The notes under the pieces are model-generated. The model searched no databases. It was not told the DNA's origin and was given only the letters and a program-made list of their open reading frames with translations. The position numbers and the translations under genes are program-made. A stretch of 64,000 bases of DNA from Acidobacteriota bacterium (GTDB lineage: Bacteria; Acidobacteriota; CAIWXX01): NCBI GenBank assembly GCA_040755995.1, contig JBFMAF010000055.1:96001-160000 (forward strand), given 5' to 3'. Positions 21,406 to 30,432 of the stretch are shown in pieces. Numbering within the stretch: the first letter of the stretch is position 1; every line of letters begins with the position of its first letter.

Positions 21406-22410
21406 ATGCTGGTGGATGAGCTTTATGTCGAGTGCAGGGCCGGTGACGGCGGCCGCGGCTGCTGCAGTTTTCGACGCGAAAGGTACGTACCGAAGGGTGG
21501 ACCCGACGGTGGCGACGGAGGGCACGGCGGCTCAGTGTACTTCACTTGCAACCCGTCCCTCAATGATCTGACCTTCTACCGTTTCAATCCGCTCCAGAGG
21601 GCGGGGCGAGGCGGTCACGGTCGCGGATCGCTCTGCCACGGGCATGACGGGCGGAACATTCGTCTCGCCCTCCCGCCGGGGACGCAAGTGCTGGATGACG
21701 GGGAGGTAGTGTGGGAGGCGCGGCAGGATGAGCCCGAGTTCTGCGCGGTTCGCGGAGGTCGGGGCGGGTTTGGGAACGCCCACTTCAAGTCATCGACCCG
21801 GCGCGCTCCGCGCTTCGCGGAGCCGGGGCAGTCCGGCGAACAGCGCCGCCTCAAACTCATGCTCAAGATGATCGCCGACTGTGGCATCGTCGGGTTCCCC
21901 AATGCGGGCAAGTCCACTCTGCTGTCGGTTGTCACGACGGCGCGCCCCAAGATTGCGGACTACCCGTTTACGACGCTCGAGCCCAATCTCGGAGTGGTTC
22001 GGGGCAGGGATTACCGGTCCTTTGTGCTGGCCGACATTCCCGGACTCATACCCGGCGCGCACACGGGCGCCGGACTCGGCAACCGGTTCCTGAAACACAT
22101 CGAGCGGACCAAGGCGCTGCTCTTCCTGATCGATATCAGCGAGAGCTCGGGCAGAGACCCGTTCGACGATTATGTGGCGCTGCGCAGAGAACTCGAGTGC
22201 TTCAGCGCCGCGTTGCTCGAACGCCCGTCTCTCGTCGCGGCGTCCAAGAGGGACATTCTGCAGGATACCAGGCGCCTGGCGTCGTTTCGGGCCCGGATGC
22301 GGAGGCAAGGGAAGAAGGTGTTTGCGCTTTCTGCGGTGACGGGGCAAGGAGTGAGGCCGCTGGTCAAGGCGCTGTTCGCGGAGCTCCCCGGAGCTCCCGT
22401 TTCCAAGTGA
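21406..22410 (+). CDS. obgE: GTPase ObgE/CgtA
   Basis: Gly-rich Obg fold (GGPDGGDGG), GFPNAGKS, YPFTTLEP, DIPGL. Confidence 0.96.
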   Translation: MLVDELYVECRAGDGGRGCCSFRRERYVPKGGPDGGDGGHGGSVYFTCNPSLNDLTFYRFNPLQRAGRGGHGRGSLCHGHDGRNIRLALPPGTQVLDDGEVVWEARQDEPEFCAVRGGRGGFGNAHFKSSTRRAPRFAEPGQSGEQRRLKLMLKMIADCGIVGFPNAGKSTLLSVVTTARPKIADYPFTTLEPNLGVVRGRDYRSFVLADIPGLIPGAHTGAGLGNRFLKHIERTKALLFLIDISESSGRDPFDDYVALRRELECFSAALLERPSLVAASKRDILQDTRRLASFRARMRRQGKKVFALSAVTGQGVRPLVKALFAELPGAPVSK

Positions 22411-22416
22411 GGATGG

Positions 22417-22788
22417 ATGCTCAAGAGGGCTCCCGCGCGATCCAGGCCCCGATACGGGCGTGATATCGCCGAGGCGGTCGCAGCGGCCCAGGAGAAGCAG
22501 GCTGAGGATCTGCTGCTGCTGGACCTCCGGCCGTTGGCTTCCTTCACCGACTACTTCCTGATCGCCACGGGTCGCTCTCAGAGGCAGACTCAGGCGATCG
22601 CGACCGAGGTGGAAGAGAAGTTGAGGGTTGGGCGCAGGCGGGCGGCGTTGAACGTCGAAGGCTACCAGCGGGGTGAATGGATTCTCATGGACTATGGGGA
22701 CTTCATCGTTCATGTGTTCATGCCGCCGGCTCGCGAGTACTACGGACTGGAGCGGGTTTGGGGAGACGCGAAGAAGACAACGCTATGA
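22417..22788 (+). CDS. rsfS: ribosome silencing factor RsfS
   Basis: DYFLIATG.S.RQ, WILMDYGD..VHVF, REYYGLERVW. Confidence 0.93.
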   Translation: MLKRAPARSRPRYGRDIAEAVAAAQEKQAEDLLLLDLRPLASFTDYFLIATGRSQRQTQAIATEVEEKLRVGRRRAALNVEGYQRGEWILMDYGDFIVHVFMPPAREYYGLERVWGDAKKTTL

Positions 22789-23720
22789 ACCCATTCGAGA
22801 AGATATGTGCCGCCGACCCGAAGACGCAGGAGGTCGTTGCTCTGGCCCGCCGCGTTGCTTCCTCCGCCAGCACCGTCTTGATCGAAGGCGAGTCCGGTGT
22901 CGGCAAGGATCTGCTGGCCAACGCGATGCACTATGCGAGCGACCGGGCCGAGGGGCCATATGTGCGAATCGACTGCCCGAACCTGACGGAGGAGCTGGTC
23001 GAATGTGAGCTGTTCGGTTATGAGCCGGGCGCCTTCACCGACGCGCGCGGACGGAAGAAGGGCAAGTTCGAGCTCGCGGACAAGGGGACGCTCTACATCG
23101 ACGGCATAGATCATCTATCGCTAGTGCTGCAGGCCAAGCTCCTCCGGCCGCTCCAGGAGAAGGTGGTGCAGAGGCTCGGATCGACGGTGGAGCACGAGCT
23201 GGATGTGCGGATCATCGCCTCCTCGCAGCTGGACGTTGCGGAGGAGGTCAGGGTCGGCGCGTTTCGCAGCGACCTCTTCTTCCGCCTGGCGGTCGTCCAC
23301 ATCAAAGTTCCTCCTCTGAGACAGAGACGCGCGGACATCGGGCTGCTGGCGAAAGCGCTGGCCAGGGAGGCCGGCGTGCGGACGGGACGTCCGGCATTCG
23401 ACGTCTCGGAAGAGGCTGTCGCGGTCATGAAGCGTTACTCGTGGCCGGGTAATGTCAGAGAGATGAAGAACGTGCTCGAGCGGCTCGCGATGACGTGCAG
23501 CGCCGATCAGGCCGGCGCGGATGAGATGCTCGCGGTCCTTCCCGCCCTCGGCTTCGGCACCGATTCCCGACCGCTCACGCTGCGGGAAGTGGAGTTCCAG
23601 TACATCGAGGAAATCCTCGACCGCACGGGACACAACGTGACGACCGCGGCAGGACTGCTCGGAATCAGCCGCAAGGCGGTCTACGACCATCTGAGGCGTA
23701 CATCAGGAAGATCGGTATGA
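22785..23720 (+). CDS. sigma54 interaction-domain protein without an N-terminal sensor, with Fis-type HTH
   Basis: GESGVGKD, GAFTDA, FRSDLFFRL, WPGNVREM, HTH; ATG overlaps the rsfS TGA. Confidence 0.85.
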   Translation: MNPFEKICAADPKTQEVVALARRVASSASTVLIEGESGVGKDLLANAMHYASDRAEGPYVRIDCPNLTEELVECELFGYEPGAFTDARGRKKGKFELADKGTLYIDGIDHLSLVLQAKLLRPLQEKVVQRLGSTVEHELDVRIIASSQLDVAEEVRVGAFRSDLFFRLAVVHIKVPPLRQRRADIGLLAKALAREAGVRTGRPAFDVSEEAVAVMKRYSWPGNVREMKNVLERLAMTCSADQAGADEMLAVLPALGFGTDSRPLTLREVEFQYIEEILDRTGHNVTTAAGLLGISRKAVYDHLRRTSGRSV

Positions 23721-24178
23721 GGATGCGTTTCGTGTGGGTGGGGAAGACAAAGGATCGGCGCATTGCGGAGCTGGAGTCGGAGTACCTTCGCAGGATTTCT
23801 CACTACTATGCGTGTGACGTTGCGGTCGCGCGGCCGGCAAGAGGGGGATCGGCCGCGGAGTGTCTGGCGAAAGAAGGAGACGAGATCAACAAGAGAGTGG
23901 GACCGGGCGCTTACACCGTTCTACTCGATTCGGGCGGCGACATGATGGACACGGCAGGGTTCGCGAGGTGGATCGGATCGCTTGGGGACGGGCGTACCAG
24001 GGAGGTCGTGTTCGTCGTAGGCGGGCACCTCGGCATCGACCCGCGCCTGCTCGCATCCGCCCGACGCAGCCTCTCCCTGTCGAAGATGACCTTTACGCAC
24101 GAGCTCTGCCGGGTGCTACTGCTCGAACAGATCTACCGTGCCTGCACCATACTGAATGGGATCCCTTACCACAAATAG
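23717..24178 (+). CDS. rlmH: 23S rRNA pseudouridine-1915 N3-methyltransferase RlmH
   Basis: VGKTK, FVVGG..G, SLSKMTFTHEL.RVLLLEQIYRA, PYHK. Confidence 0.95.
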   Translation: MRMRFVWVGKTKDRRIAELESEYLRRISHYYACDVAVARPARGGSAAECLAKEGDEINKRVGPGAYTVLLDSGGDMMDTAGFARWIGSLGDGRTREVVFVVGGHLGIDPRLLASARRSLSLSKMTFTHELCRVLLLEQIYRACTILNGIPYHK

Positions 24179-24195
24179 GGCGAAGGAGATGTCTG

Positions 24196-24546
24196 ATGGA
24201 CAAGAAGAAACTTGAGGAGTTCAAGAAACGACTGCTGCAGAAGAAGCAGGAGTTGCTCGAGACGGTGACACAGGACCAGTCGGAGGGCCGGATCTACGAC
24301 GAGACCGGGACGCAGGACCTTGCGGACAAGGCGAGCAATTCCTATACGAAGGAGTTCCTTTTCGGCTTGAGCGACACGGAACGCGCAATACTGCTGGCCG
24401 TTGACGAAGCCCTCACGCGAGTCAAGAACGGTTCGTACGGGCAGTGCGTGATGTGTGGTGGCCCGGTGCAGGCGAAGAGGCTGGAGGCCATCCCGTGGGC
24501 CAGACACTGCCTGGATTGCCAGGAGAAGACCGAACGGGAGCGGTGA
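24196..24546 (+). CDS. dksA: DksA/TraR C4 zinc-finger protein
   Basis: DLADKA (DxxDxA), YGQCVMCG...RLEAIPWARHCLDC; AGGAG RBS. Confidence 0.8.
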   Translation: MDKKKLEEFKKRLLQKKQELLETVTQDQSEGRIYDETGTQDLADKASNSYTKEFLFGLSDTERAILLAVDEALTRVKNGSYGQCVMCGGPVQAKRLEAIPWARHCLDCQEKTERER

Positions 24547-24699
24547 GAGTTTGGAGGCCGCTGGGCCTCCCGCACCCTCACAATCTGCTCCCCGAAGCTC
24601 TCGTCATGAATCGGGGCGTACGCCCATCTCTGCGATGAGTATGGGCCTGTGCGCGAGCCTTCTTGCGGGATTGGACAGGTATCCGAGTCGAGTGGGCCA

Positions 24700-25431
24700 G
24701 TGAAACATTCGGTCCAACTCGGATCTATCACCCGTGGGATGGCGTCAGGCGGGATGGCCCTTTTGTTGCCCGACGCCTGCGCCGTCTGCGGGCTTCCGCT
24801 CGAAACCTGGTCCGACCGGCACGTCTGCGGCTCCTGTTGGAACGCCGTCCACCCCCTGTCCGGAACCACATGCCGGTGCGGCTACCCCGTGCCCTCCGGT
24901 CAAACGCAATGCGGCGCGTGCGTACTCAGTCCGTATTCCTTTGGAGTGGGGCGGTCAGCATTCGCTTACGAAACTCCCGTGCGTGAGATCATCCACGCAT
25001 TCAAATATGGGCGGCGCAGGGTGCTGGGGGCGCAGCTCGCACGGCGGGCTCTCCTTGCGGCAAGACCTCGTCAGCAGGTCACTCTCGTGCCCGTGCCGTC
25101 GCACTGGAGGCGCATGCACGAGCGTGGTTTCAATCCAGCAGAAGACGTGGCCCGCTCGATCGCACGCACCGCAGGATTGCCCATGCGCCGCCCACTGAAG
25201 AAGATCAGACGAACCTCGCCGCAGGCCTCGCTTTCCTCCAGCCGGCGACGTGAGAGCCAGCGCGGCGCCTTCTCGATCAGACTCGGTCACAGGCGTTGGG
25301 TGAGGGGAGCGAATGTCTGCCTGGTCGACGACGTCGCCACCACACTGAGCACTATTCGCGAGTGCGCCGCGGTCCTGACGCTGGCCGGCGCAGCCAGCGT
25401 GGACTTCTTCACGATCGCCCGCACCCTCTGA
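24700..25431 (+). CDS. comF: ComF-family phosphoribosyltransferase-like protein
   Basis: N-terminal Cys pairs, FKY, VPVP, RGFNPA, LVDDVATT; start uncertain (24700 GTG or 24739 ATG). Confidence 0.85.
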   Translation: MKHSVQLGSITRGMASGGMALLLPDACAVCGLPLETWSDRHVCGSCWNAVHPLSGTTCRCGYPVPSGQTQCGACVLSPYSFGVGRSAFAYETPVREIIHAFKYGRRRVLGAQLARRALLAARPRQQVTLVPVPSHWRRMHERGFNPAEDVARSIARTAGLPMRRPLKKIRRTSPQASLSSSRRRESQRGAFSIRLGHRRWVRGANVCLVDDVATTLSTIRECAAVLTLAGAASVDFFTIARTL

Positions 25432-25773
25432 ACGATACAGCACGACACAAGTCGCGCTGTATGCGCGCGGGGGTTGCGCGGGAGGCCTCGCGCGGCCGAA
25501 TGGCCGCAGATGCAAGCCCTGAGGCCCTCCTGCGACTACCACGCGTCATACACCGCGCCGACCCCTCAAATCTGTTGGGGACTTATGACTCGCTGTATGA
25601 CTGAGGCGATTGAGATCGCCAAATGCTGGAACCATCGACTGGCTCCCTACCCAGTTAGTGGGTGAACGTGATCGCATATCCGGACGCTGTCCCAGACAAG
25701 GACTCGTTCACGTCCACGTCTACCTGCACGTTTGCGGAGGCGATGCCGTCGGTTCAGGGCCGGGCCGCGTGGG

Positions 25774-25857
25774 TTGACAAGCGGCGCTTCTGTTGTATAT
25801 TCAGGCCGAAATCAGTTCGCAGGTCACCGTTGACACGGTCCGGAGATGTAGTAATAT
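25774..25857 (+). promoter_or_regulatory. two tandem sigma70-type promoters
   Basis: TTGACA(25774)-16 nt-TATATT and TTGACA(25830)-16 nt-TAATAT. Confidence 0.55.
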
Positions 25858-25889
25858 CTCTTGGCCCGAACGTGACCCAGGAGGAGGCA

Positions 25890-26153
25890 ATGCCCGAGAA
25901 AGCTTGGAACGAGTTGACCCGAGATGATGAGTTCCTCGCCTATCCAAAGCGCCGTGATCCGGATGAAGTGCCCGTGACCGACGATCAGGAAGAAGGGGAC
26001 GGTGACGGCTACGACGACGAGTATGACGACGATGAGTACGAAGATGACGAAGAGGATGACGTAGAGGAAGACGAGGACGACGAGGACGAGGACTACCTGG
26101 ACGACGACGAGGACGCGGACGACTACGACGACCTCGACGAGGATGAGTACTAG
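25890..26153 (+). CDS. small hyper-acidic protein (87 aa, about 50 D/E residues)
   Basis: AGGAGGAGG RBS; MPEKAWNELTRDDEFLAYPKRRD followed by a D/E/Y tract; own promoters. Confidence 0.75.
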   Translation: MPEKAWNELTRDDEFLAYPKRRDPDEVPVTDDQEEGDGDGYDDEYDDDEYEDDEEDDVEEDEDDEDEDYLDDDEDADDYDDLDEDEY

Positions 26154-26404
26154 GCGAGGAGCGCTCGAGCGCGAGTGGCGCCGCGGGTCCTGGGCGAATC
26201 CGGCGCCGGCCAGATTTCGTTGATGCTTGCACCAGGGAGCAGTGCTTCCCTGGATCGGTGATTGTTAGTCGGGCCCCACGCACGATGTGGGTGCGGCTGT
26301 ACAGCGCGTCACAACTCCACAGCAGATTTAACGAGTCAACGCGCTGTGTACCGAGCTCGGCCCCCGGTGGGGATGCAGACAGGTCGATCGCGATGCTGCG
26401 GCGG

Positions 26405-27208
26405 TCAGAAGCGGTTCAGGAACGCGGAGACCGTGTCCTCCGTGACATAATGGCTGCCCAGCGGGCAGGGATGGTCATCGGTATGATAGTCGGAGCCGCC
26501 TGTGGCAAGGAGCGAGTATTTCTGCGCGGCGCTGATGAAAGGTGTGGGATCTACGTGCGGTCTCCAGAAGTTCACCACCTCGATGCCCTGCAGCCCGGCC
26601 TCGACTGCCATCTCGATCATGCAGTCGAATTCCACCACCGGTGGATGTGCCCAGACTGAGATCCCGCCGGCTCCGTTGATCATCTCGATCGCGGTTCGCA
26701 TGGGTGTGGCTGGAGGAGGCACGACGGAGCTGTCCCGCCTGATGTAGATGTCGAACGCCTTTTCCTCGGAATCCACCAGACCCTGATCAAGCATGTACCG
26801 CGCGATGTGTGCCGACGTGAGCAGGCGGCTCGTCTGAAGCGAGAGAAAGTGGCCGAAGTCGAGATCCATTCCGGCCGCTGCCATGCGCCTGAATCCTTCA
26901 CACATCCGCTCGCGCCGCTCGGTCTCGATCCCCTCCACATATCGAAGGAAGCTGCCGGCGGGCAAGGATGTGAAGTAGCCGAGCACGTGATACTCGCGGG
27001 CGGCGTGAACGCTGCTCAGCTCGAACCCCGCAATGACTCGAACGCGGGTGCCGCCGAGGTCGTCTCTGTATGCAAGGAACGTATCGTGATCCGTCAGCGA
27101 GATGACATCAAGGCCGGCGGCCTCCGCCTTCCGAACGACCTCGCAGGGCGACAGACCTCCGTCCGAGATCGATGTATGAACATGAAGGTCAACTCTAAGT
27201 CGTTCCAC
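26405..27208 (-). CDS. PHP-domain phosphoesterase (YciV/TrpH-like)
   Basis: DLHVHTSISDG, LTDHD, HVLGY, WAHP, TGGSDYH. Confidence 0.9.
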   Translation of the reverse strand: MERLRVDLHVHTSISDGGLSPCEVVRKAEAAGLDVISLTDHDTFLAYRDDLGGTRVRVIAGFELSSVHAAREYHVLGYFTSLPAGSFLRYVEGIETERRERMCEGFRRMAAAGMDLDFGHFLSLQTSRLLTSAHIARYMLDQGLVDSEEKAFDIYIRRDSSVVPPPATPMRTAIEMINGAGGISVWAHPPVVEFDCMIEMAVEAGLQGIEVVNFWRPHVDPTPFISAAQKYSLLATGGSDYHTDDHPCPLGSHYVTEDTVSAFLNRF

Positions 27209-27365
27209 TCCTGCCCCTCAGGAGACGCAGACTATGCCATCGCGCGGCCCAGCTGTCAACATGTACCGCGCGGTGCCGCGGTACTCCGTGCGACGGCGGC
27301 GCTGCCGCTCCTCGCTACATGGGCAGGTGCGTGACCAGGTGACCAGGCGGTCACGCCGACCTGGA

Positions 27366-27412
27366 CCTGGGGCTGAAGCCCCATGCTATTTTCTTGACGC
27401 CCCTCCGGGGCT
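27366..27412. repeat. REP-like element, copy 1
   Basis: cctggggctgaagccccatgctattttcttgacgcccctccggggct; same length and layout as 47012..47058. Confidence 0.7.
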
Positions 27413-27506
27413 CTGCCGTCGGTGACCCATTCCAGCGTGTCGCTGAAGCGGCGAGCCATGCATATGCATCCACGCTCAGGCCGCGAATGTGACCTGGGAA
27501 TCCAGG

Positions 27507-28259
27507 CTACTTCGCGGCGGCCATCTCATCGGCCCAGGCGATGACGGGATTGACCCATTCGGACAGGGGACGGTACAGGAAGCCGTGTGCGAGACCGGTC
27601 GTGAGCCTGATCGAGCGCGTGCTGCCGATGGTCTTCGACGGGCGCGCCTTCAGGAACCCCTCGCAGGGCTCGACACTCTCATCGCTGTTCTCCGTGACCG
27701 ATAGAACGTTGCCGCTCACACGAAGTCCCTGCTGGTCCAGAGAAGCGAACACGCTTTGGCTGCATCCTGCAAGGATGACGAAGTTGACGCCGGGGCTCTG
27801 GAGATATCCCGATGCGAACAGAGCCATCGCACCGCCCATTGAAGCACCAAGCACAGTGATGCGATGCGATGGCACGCCGGCTCTGATGAGAGTCCGCACT
27901 TGATCGGCGACCTTTCGCGCGTATGCGTCAACCGTCGCGTCGCGAGCTCTGATTTCGCTGATCACGGTGAAGCCGCGATCCGCGAACGCACGCAGTATCT
28001 TTTCGTACTCGTAGTATCCGAAGCGTTCATGGCGCGGCCGCGCGTTCTGTTGATCCTGCACGATCCGGCCGTGCAGGTAGAACAGGTACCTCGCTTTGGG
28101 GTCGACCTTCGCCGGTACCTTCGCTACAATGCTCTGTGCCCACGCGCCGGCAGCCGCAGGGCTGCATAGAAGCGCCGCCAGCAACCAGCTCGTGCCCGTC
28201 CGAAGCGCCTGGCCACCCCGGGCGACCGGGTTCGGTTTCAGCGAACGAAAGGCACCCAT
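27507..28259 (-). CDS. exported alpha/beta hydrolase
   Basis: signal-like N-terminus, FYLHG oxyanion motif, GASMG nucleophile elbow, C-terminal HG; start uncertain. Confidence 0.75.
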   Translation of the reverse strand: MGAFRSLKPNPVARGGQALRTGTSWLLAALLCSPAAAGAWAQSIVAKVPAKVDPKARYLFYLHGRIVQDQQNARPRHERFGYYEYEKILRAFADRGFTVISEIRARDATVDAYARKVADQVRTLIRAGVPSHRITVLGASMGGAMALFASGYLQSPGVNFVILAGCSQSVFASLDQQGLRVSGNVLSVTENSDESVEPCEGFLKARPSKTIGSTRSIRLTTGLAHGFLYRPLSEWVNPVIAWADEMAAAK

Positions 28260-28367
28260 GAGCCGGATCGTAGCAGAGTTACCGAGTCCTTGCCATGGGC
28301 ACATGCTTTCTGGTTTACTTTGGTGACGGATGCGCCGAACAAGCCCGCGTGAACAACGGCGGGTGCG

Positions 28368-29195
28368 ATGATCAAAAGAAGGGCTACGCTTTCACACCTG
28401 TTGGTGCTGCAGTTCGTCCTGACCGTCGGCGCAAACGGAGGGATACGCGCCCCCGGCAAGTACGCCGGCGTCGTGGTGTTTGATAGATGGGATGCTTGCA
28501 TACTCTATAGCGGAATCTACCTGATGTATGTGTCCCAGGAGACCAAGGCCGGACTTAGAAAGTACGCGGGTCAGCCGGTCCTGATCGACGCAATAGATGT
28601 CTTCCAGCCGATCAATCCAGGCGACGGATTGATAGGCAAGTTCGACTACCTGGGGCCGGCGCCAGAGGATACGCACGAGGGCGCGCCAGCCGACGTGCGA
28701 CTGACCGCGTTCATGAGATCGCCAGACGGTACTGCCCCCGTCCTGTGCATCAAGATCAGCAACGCAGGCAAGGAACGGGTCGAATTGCTCAGGTCAGAGC
28801 TGGGGATGACGCTTCTAGCGAGAGGCGAGCCGTGGCGATCGCCGTTTCCGTACCACTATGGCCCGTCGGTCGCTGTGCTGACACGACAGTGTTTCGAGAT
28901 ATGGGACTCCAAGACAGTCTGGAGGGGCGCCGGAATAGCGTACGGAGAGTCATTCACCTGGAGCGTAGGGGCCGCAGACACCCTCCCCCACATCATCAGC
29001 TTGGAGCCCGGACGGTTGGCGAACATCGACATCTCCTTCCACTTGCCAGCGGGGCAGTACGATTTTCTGTGCGGATACGGCGGAGGCGTGCACGAGTCGA
29101 AGTGTCTGAGCAGCAATTTGGTCGCGTTCGATGTAGACGCGAGTGGCAAGGCTCGGCTGGCGAGATTGGTGGACCGGATGATTGATCAACCCTGA
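28368..29195 (+). CDS. hypothetical exported protein
   Basis: 275-aa ORF with a signal-like N-terminus; no motif recognised. Confidence 0.6.
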   Translation: MIKRRATLSHLLVLQFVLTVGANGGIRAPGKYAGVVVFDRWDACILYSGIYLMYVSQETKAGLRKYAGQPVLIDAIDVFQPINPGDGLIGKFDYLGPAPEDTHEGAPADVRLTAFMRSPDGTAPVLCIKISNAGKERVELLRSELGMTLLARGEPWRSPFPYHYGPSVAVLTRQCFEIWDSKTVWRGAGIAYGESFTWSVGAADTLPHIISLEPGRLANIDISFHLPAGQYDFLCGYGGGVHESKCLSSNLVAFDVDASGKARLARLVDRMIDQP

Positions 29196-29679
29196 TGAGG
29201 CAGGCTAGCCGTGGAGCTCTTGGAGGCTGCGCCACGATTGAGGTCACCGGATCGCGTCGTGCTCCAGCTCGCCGCGCGCCTAGGCGCGATCGGCCAGCCG
29301 ATTGAGCTCAAGTACCTCAGCTCACGCACGCAGCGACATCGTTGGGCAGCACGGTCGTTTCGCGATCTCCGGCAAGAGTTCGAGTGCAAGGCGGTTTGGG
29401 TCGCCAAGTTCCTCAGGGATGCCTTCGGCCCCCCGGATCACATTGCCTACCTGGCGCTGGTCGAGTCTCGGCTTGTGGGGATGCGAGCCGCTGCCTGGGC
29501 GCTTGGGGGCGCTGTTGTGTACGTGAGTCTGCGGCGTCTCGGGCCGGTAGGTGTCGGGCGCAAGGGCAGGCCGGTGTTTGACATAGTGCTCGGCGCCATG
29601 CGCCCTCGGCCGCCCACGCTGGGAGGGTCGCAGGCAGACGAGGCCCGGGATGCTGTCTTCCTTCCGACCCCGCAGCTCA

Positions 29680-30417
29680 TCATGTGACCGGCGGGACCGG
29701 TGCCAAGGGCACCGCCTCAGTTCCGGCCGCTTGCCCGGCCGCGACCCTGGAAACCAGCGTCTGGAAGTCGTCGTCTACGTACCGTGAGAACGCGGTGGCA
29801 TCCAGGCTGAATCCGTGGGCCGCCAGCGAGCCGACGAAATCGCGGTGCGGGCGGCCGTTGCGATAGGCGGGCTGGCGCGGCGGGAATCGGAGGTATCGTT
29901 CCATGAGGCTCACGTCCCCATCGACGTTGATGACTGCGTGGAAGAAGACAAGATCGCGGCCGCGGTAGAGCGACGAGCCGCTGATTTTCCGGCCGCGGAT
30001 GGCCAGGTCGCTCGTGCCAGCTGGCTCGACCCCGATGATTCCCGCGCGGACAAGGGCCCGCTGCAGCAGCTCGTTGAACAGGCGGAAGTACGGCAGCGGA
30101 GGCTGCGGCGAAGCACTTCGAAGCGCGAGGGCCACCACCAGCATCTGATGCGAGAGCACCACGGCGCAGCCGCCGGTCTCGCGGCGGTAGACGGGCACCG
30201 AGTCGGCCAGTACGCTCTCGACATGCAGCTCGTGCTCAGGGTCGCTTCCTCGCCCCACCACTACCATCACGCGGTCCGGCACGAACACCTTCGTGTCCAC
30301 GCGATCCGATCCGGCGCGCAGCATGCGGGCGTCCGGAAGGTCGTATGGGAGTATCGTCAGCACCGGAACGCCGATCCCACCGCCCTCGGCCGTTGGCTGC
30401 GCGCTTGCTGCGGACAC
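29680..30417 (-). CDS. lipoate-protein ligase family, catalytic domain only
   Basis: RRETGGCAV, DLAI.GRKISGS, FHA; last gene of the dehydrogenase operon. Confidence 0.85.
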   Translation of the reverse strand: MSAASAQPTAEGGGIGVPVLTILPYDLPDARMLRAGSDRVDTKVFVPDRVMVVVGRGSDPEHELHVESVLADSVPVYRRETGGCAVVLSHQMLVVALALRSASPQPPLPYFRLFNELLQRALVRAGIIGVEPAGTSDLAIRGRKISGSSLYRGRDLVFFHAVINVDGDVSLMERYLRFPPRQPAYRNGRPHRDFVGSLAAHGFSLDATAFSRYVDDDFQTLVSRVAAGQAAGTEAVPLAPVPPVT

Positions 30418-30432
30418 GGCCCGACCAGGCGA

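Noticed and set aside
21406..22788. Short Obg with an SKRD G4 motif, and no nadD between obgE and rsfS
   Set aside because: Within ordinary lineage variation; nadD can lie elsewhere.
25980..26150. GAC/GAT/GAG triplet-rich tract as a possible DNA repeat array
   Set aside because: Explained by the acidic coding sequence; synonymous codons vary.
29211..29687. 158-aa ORF with an IELKY stretch reminiscent of PD-(D/E)xK nucleases
   Set aside because: No RBS, no complete motif, poor C-terminal half; cannot be supported as a gene or a pseudogene.
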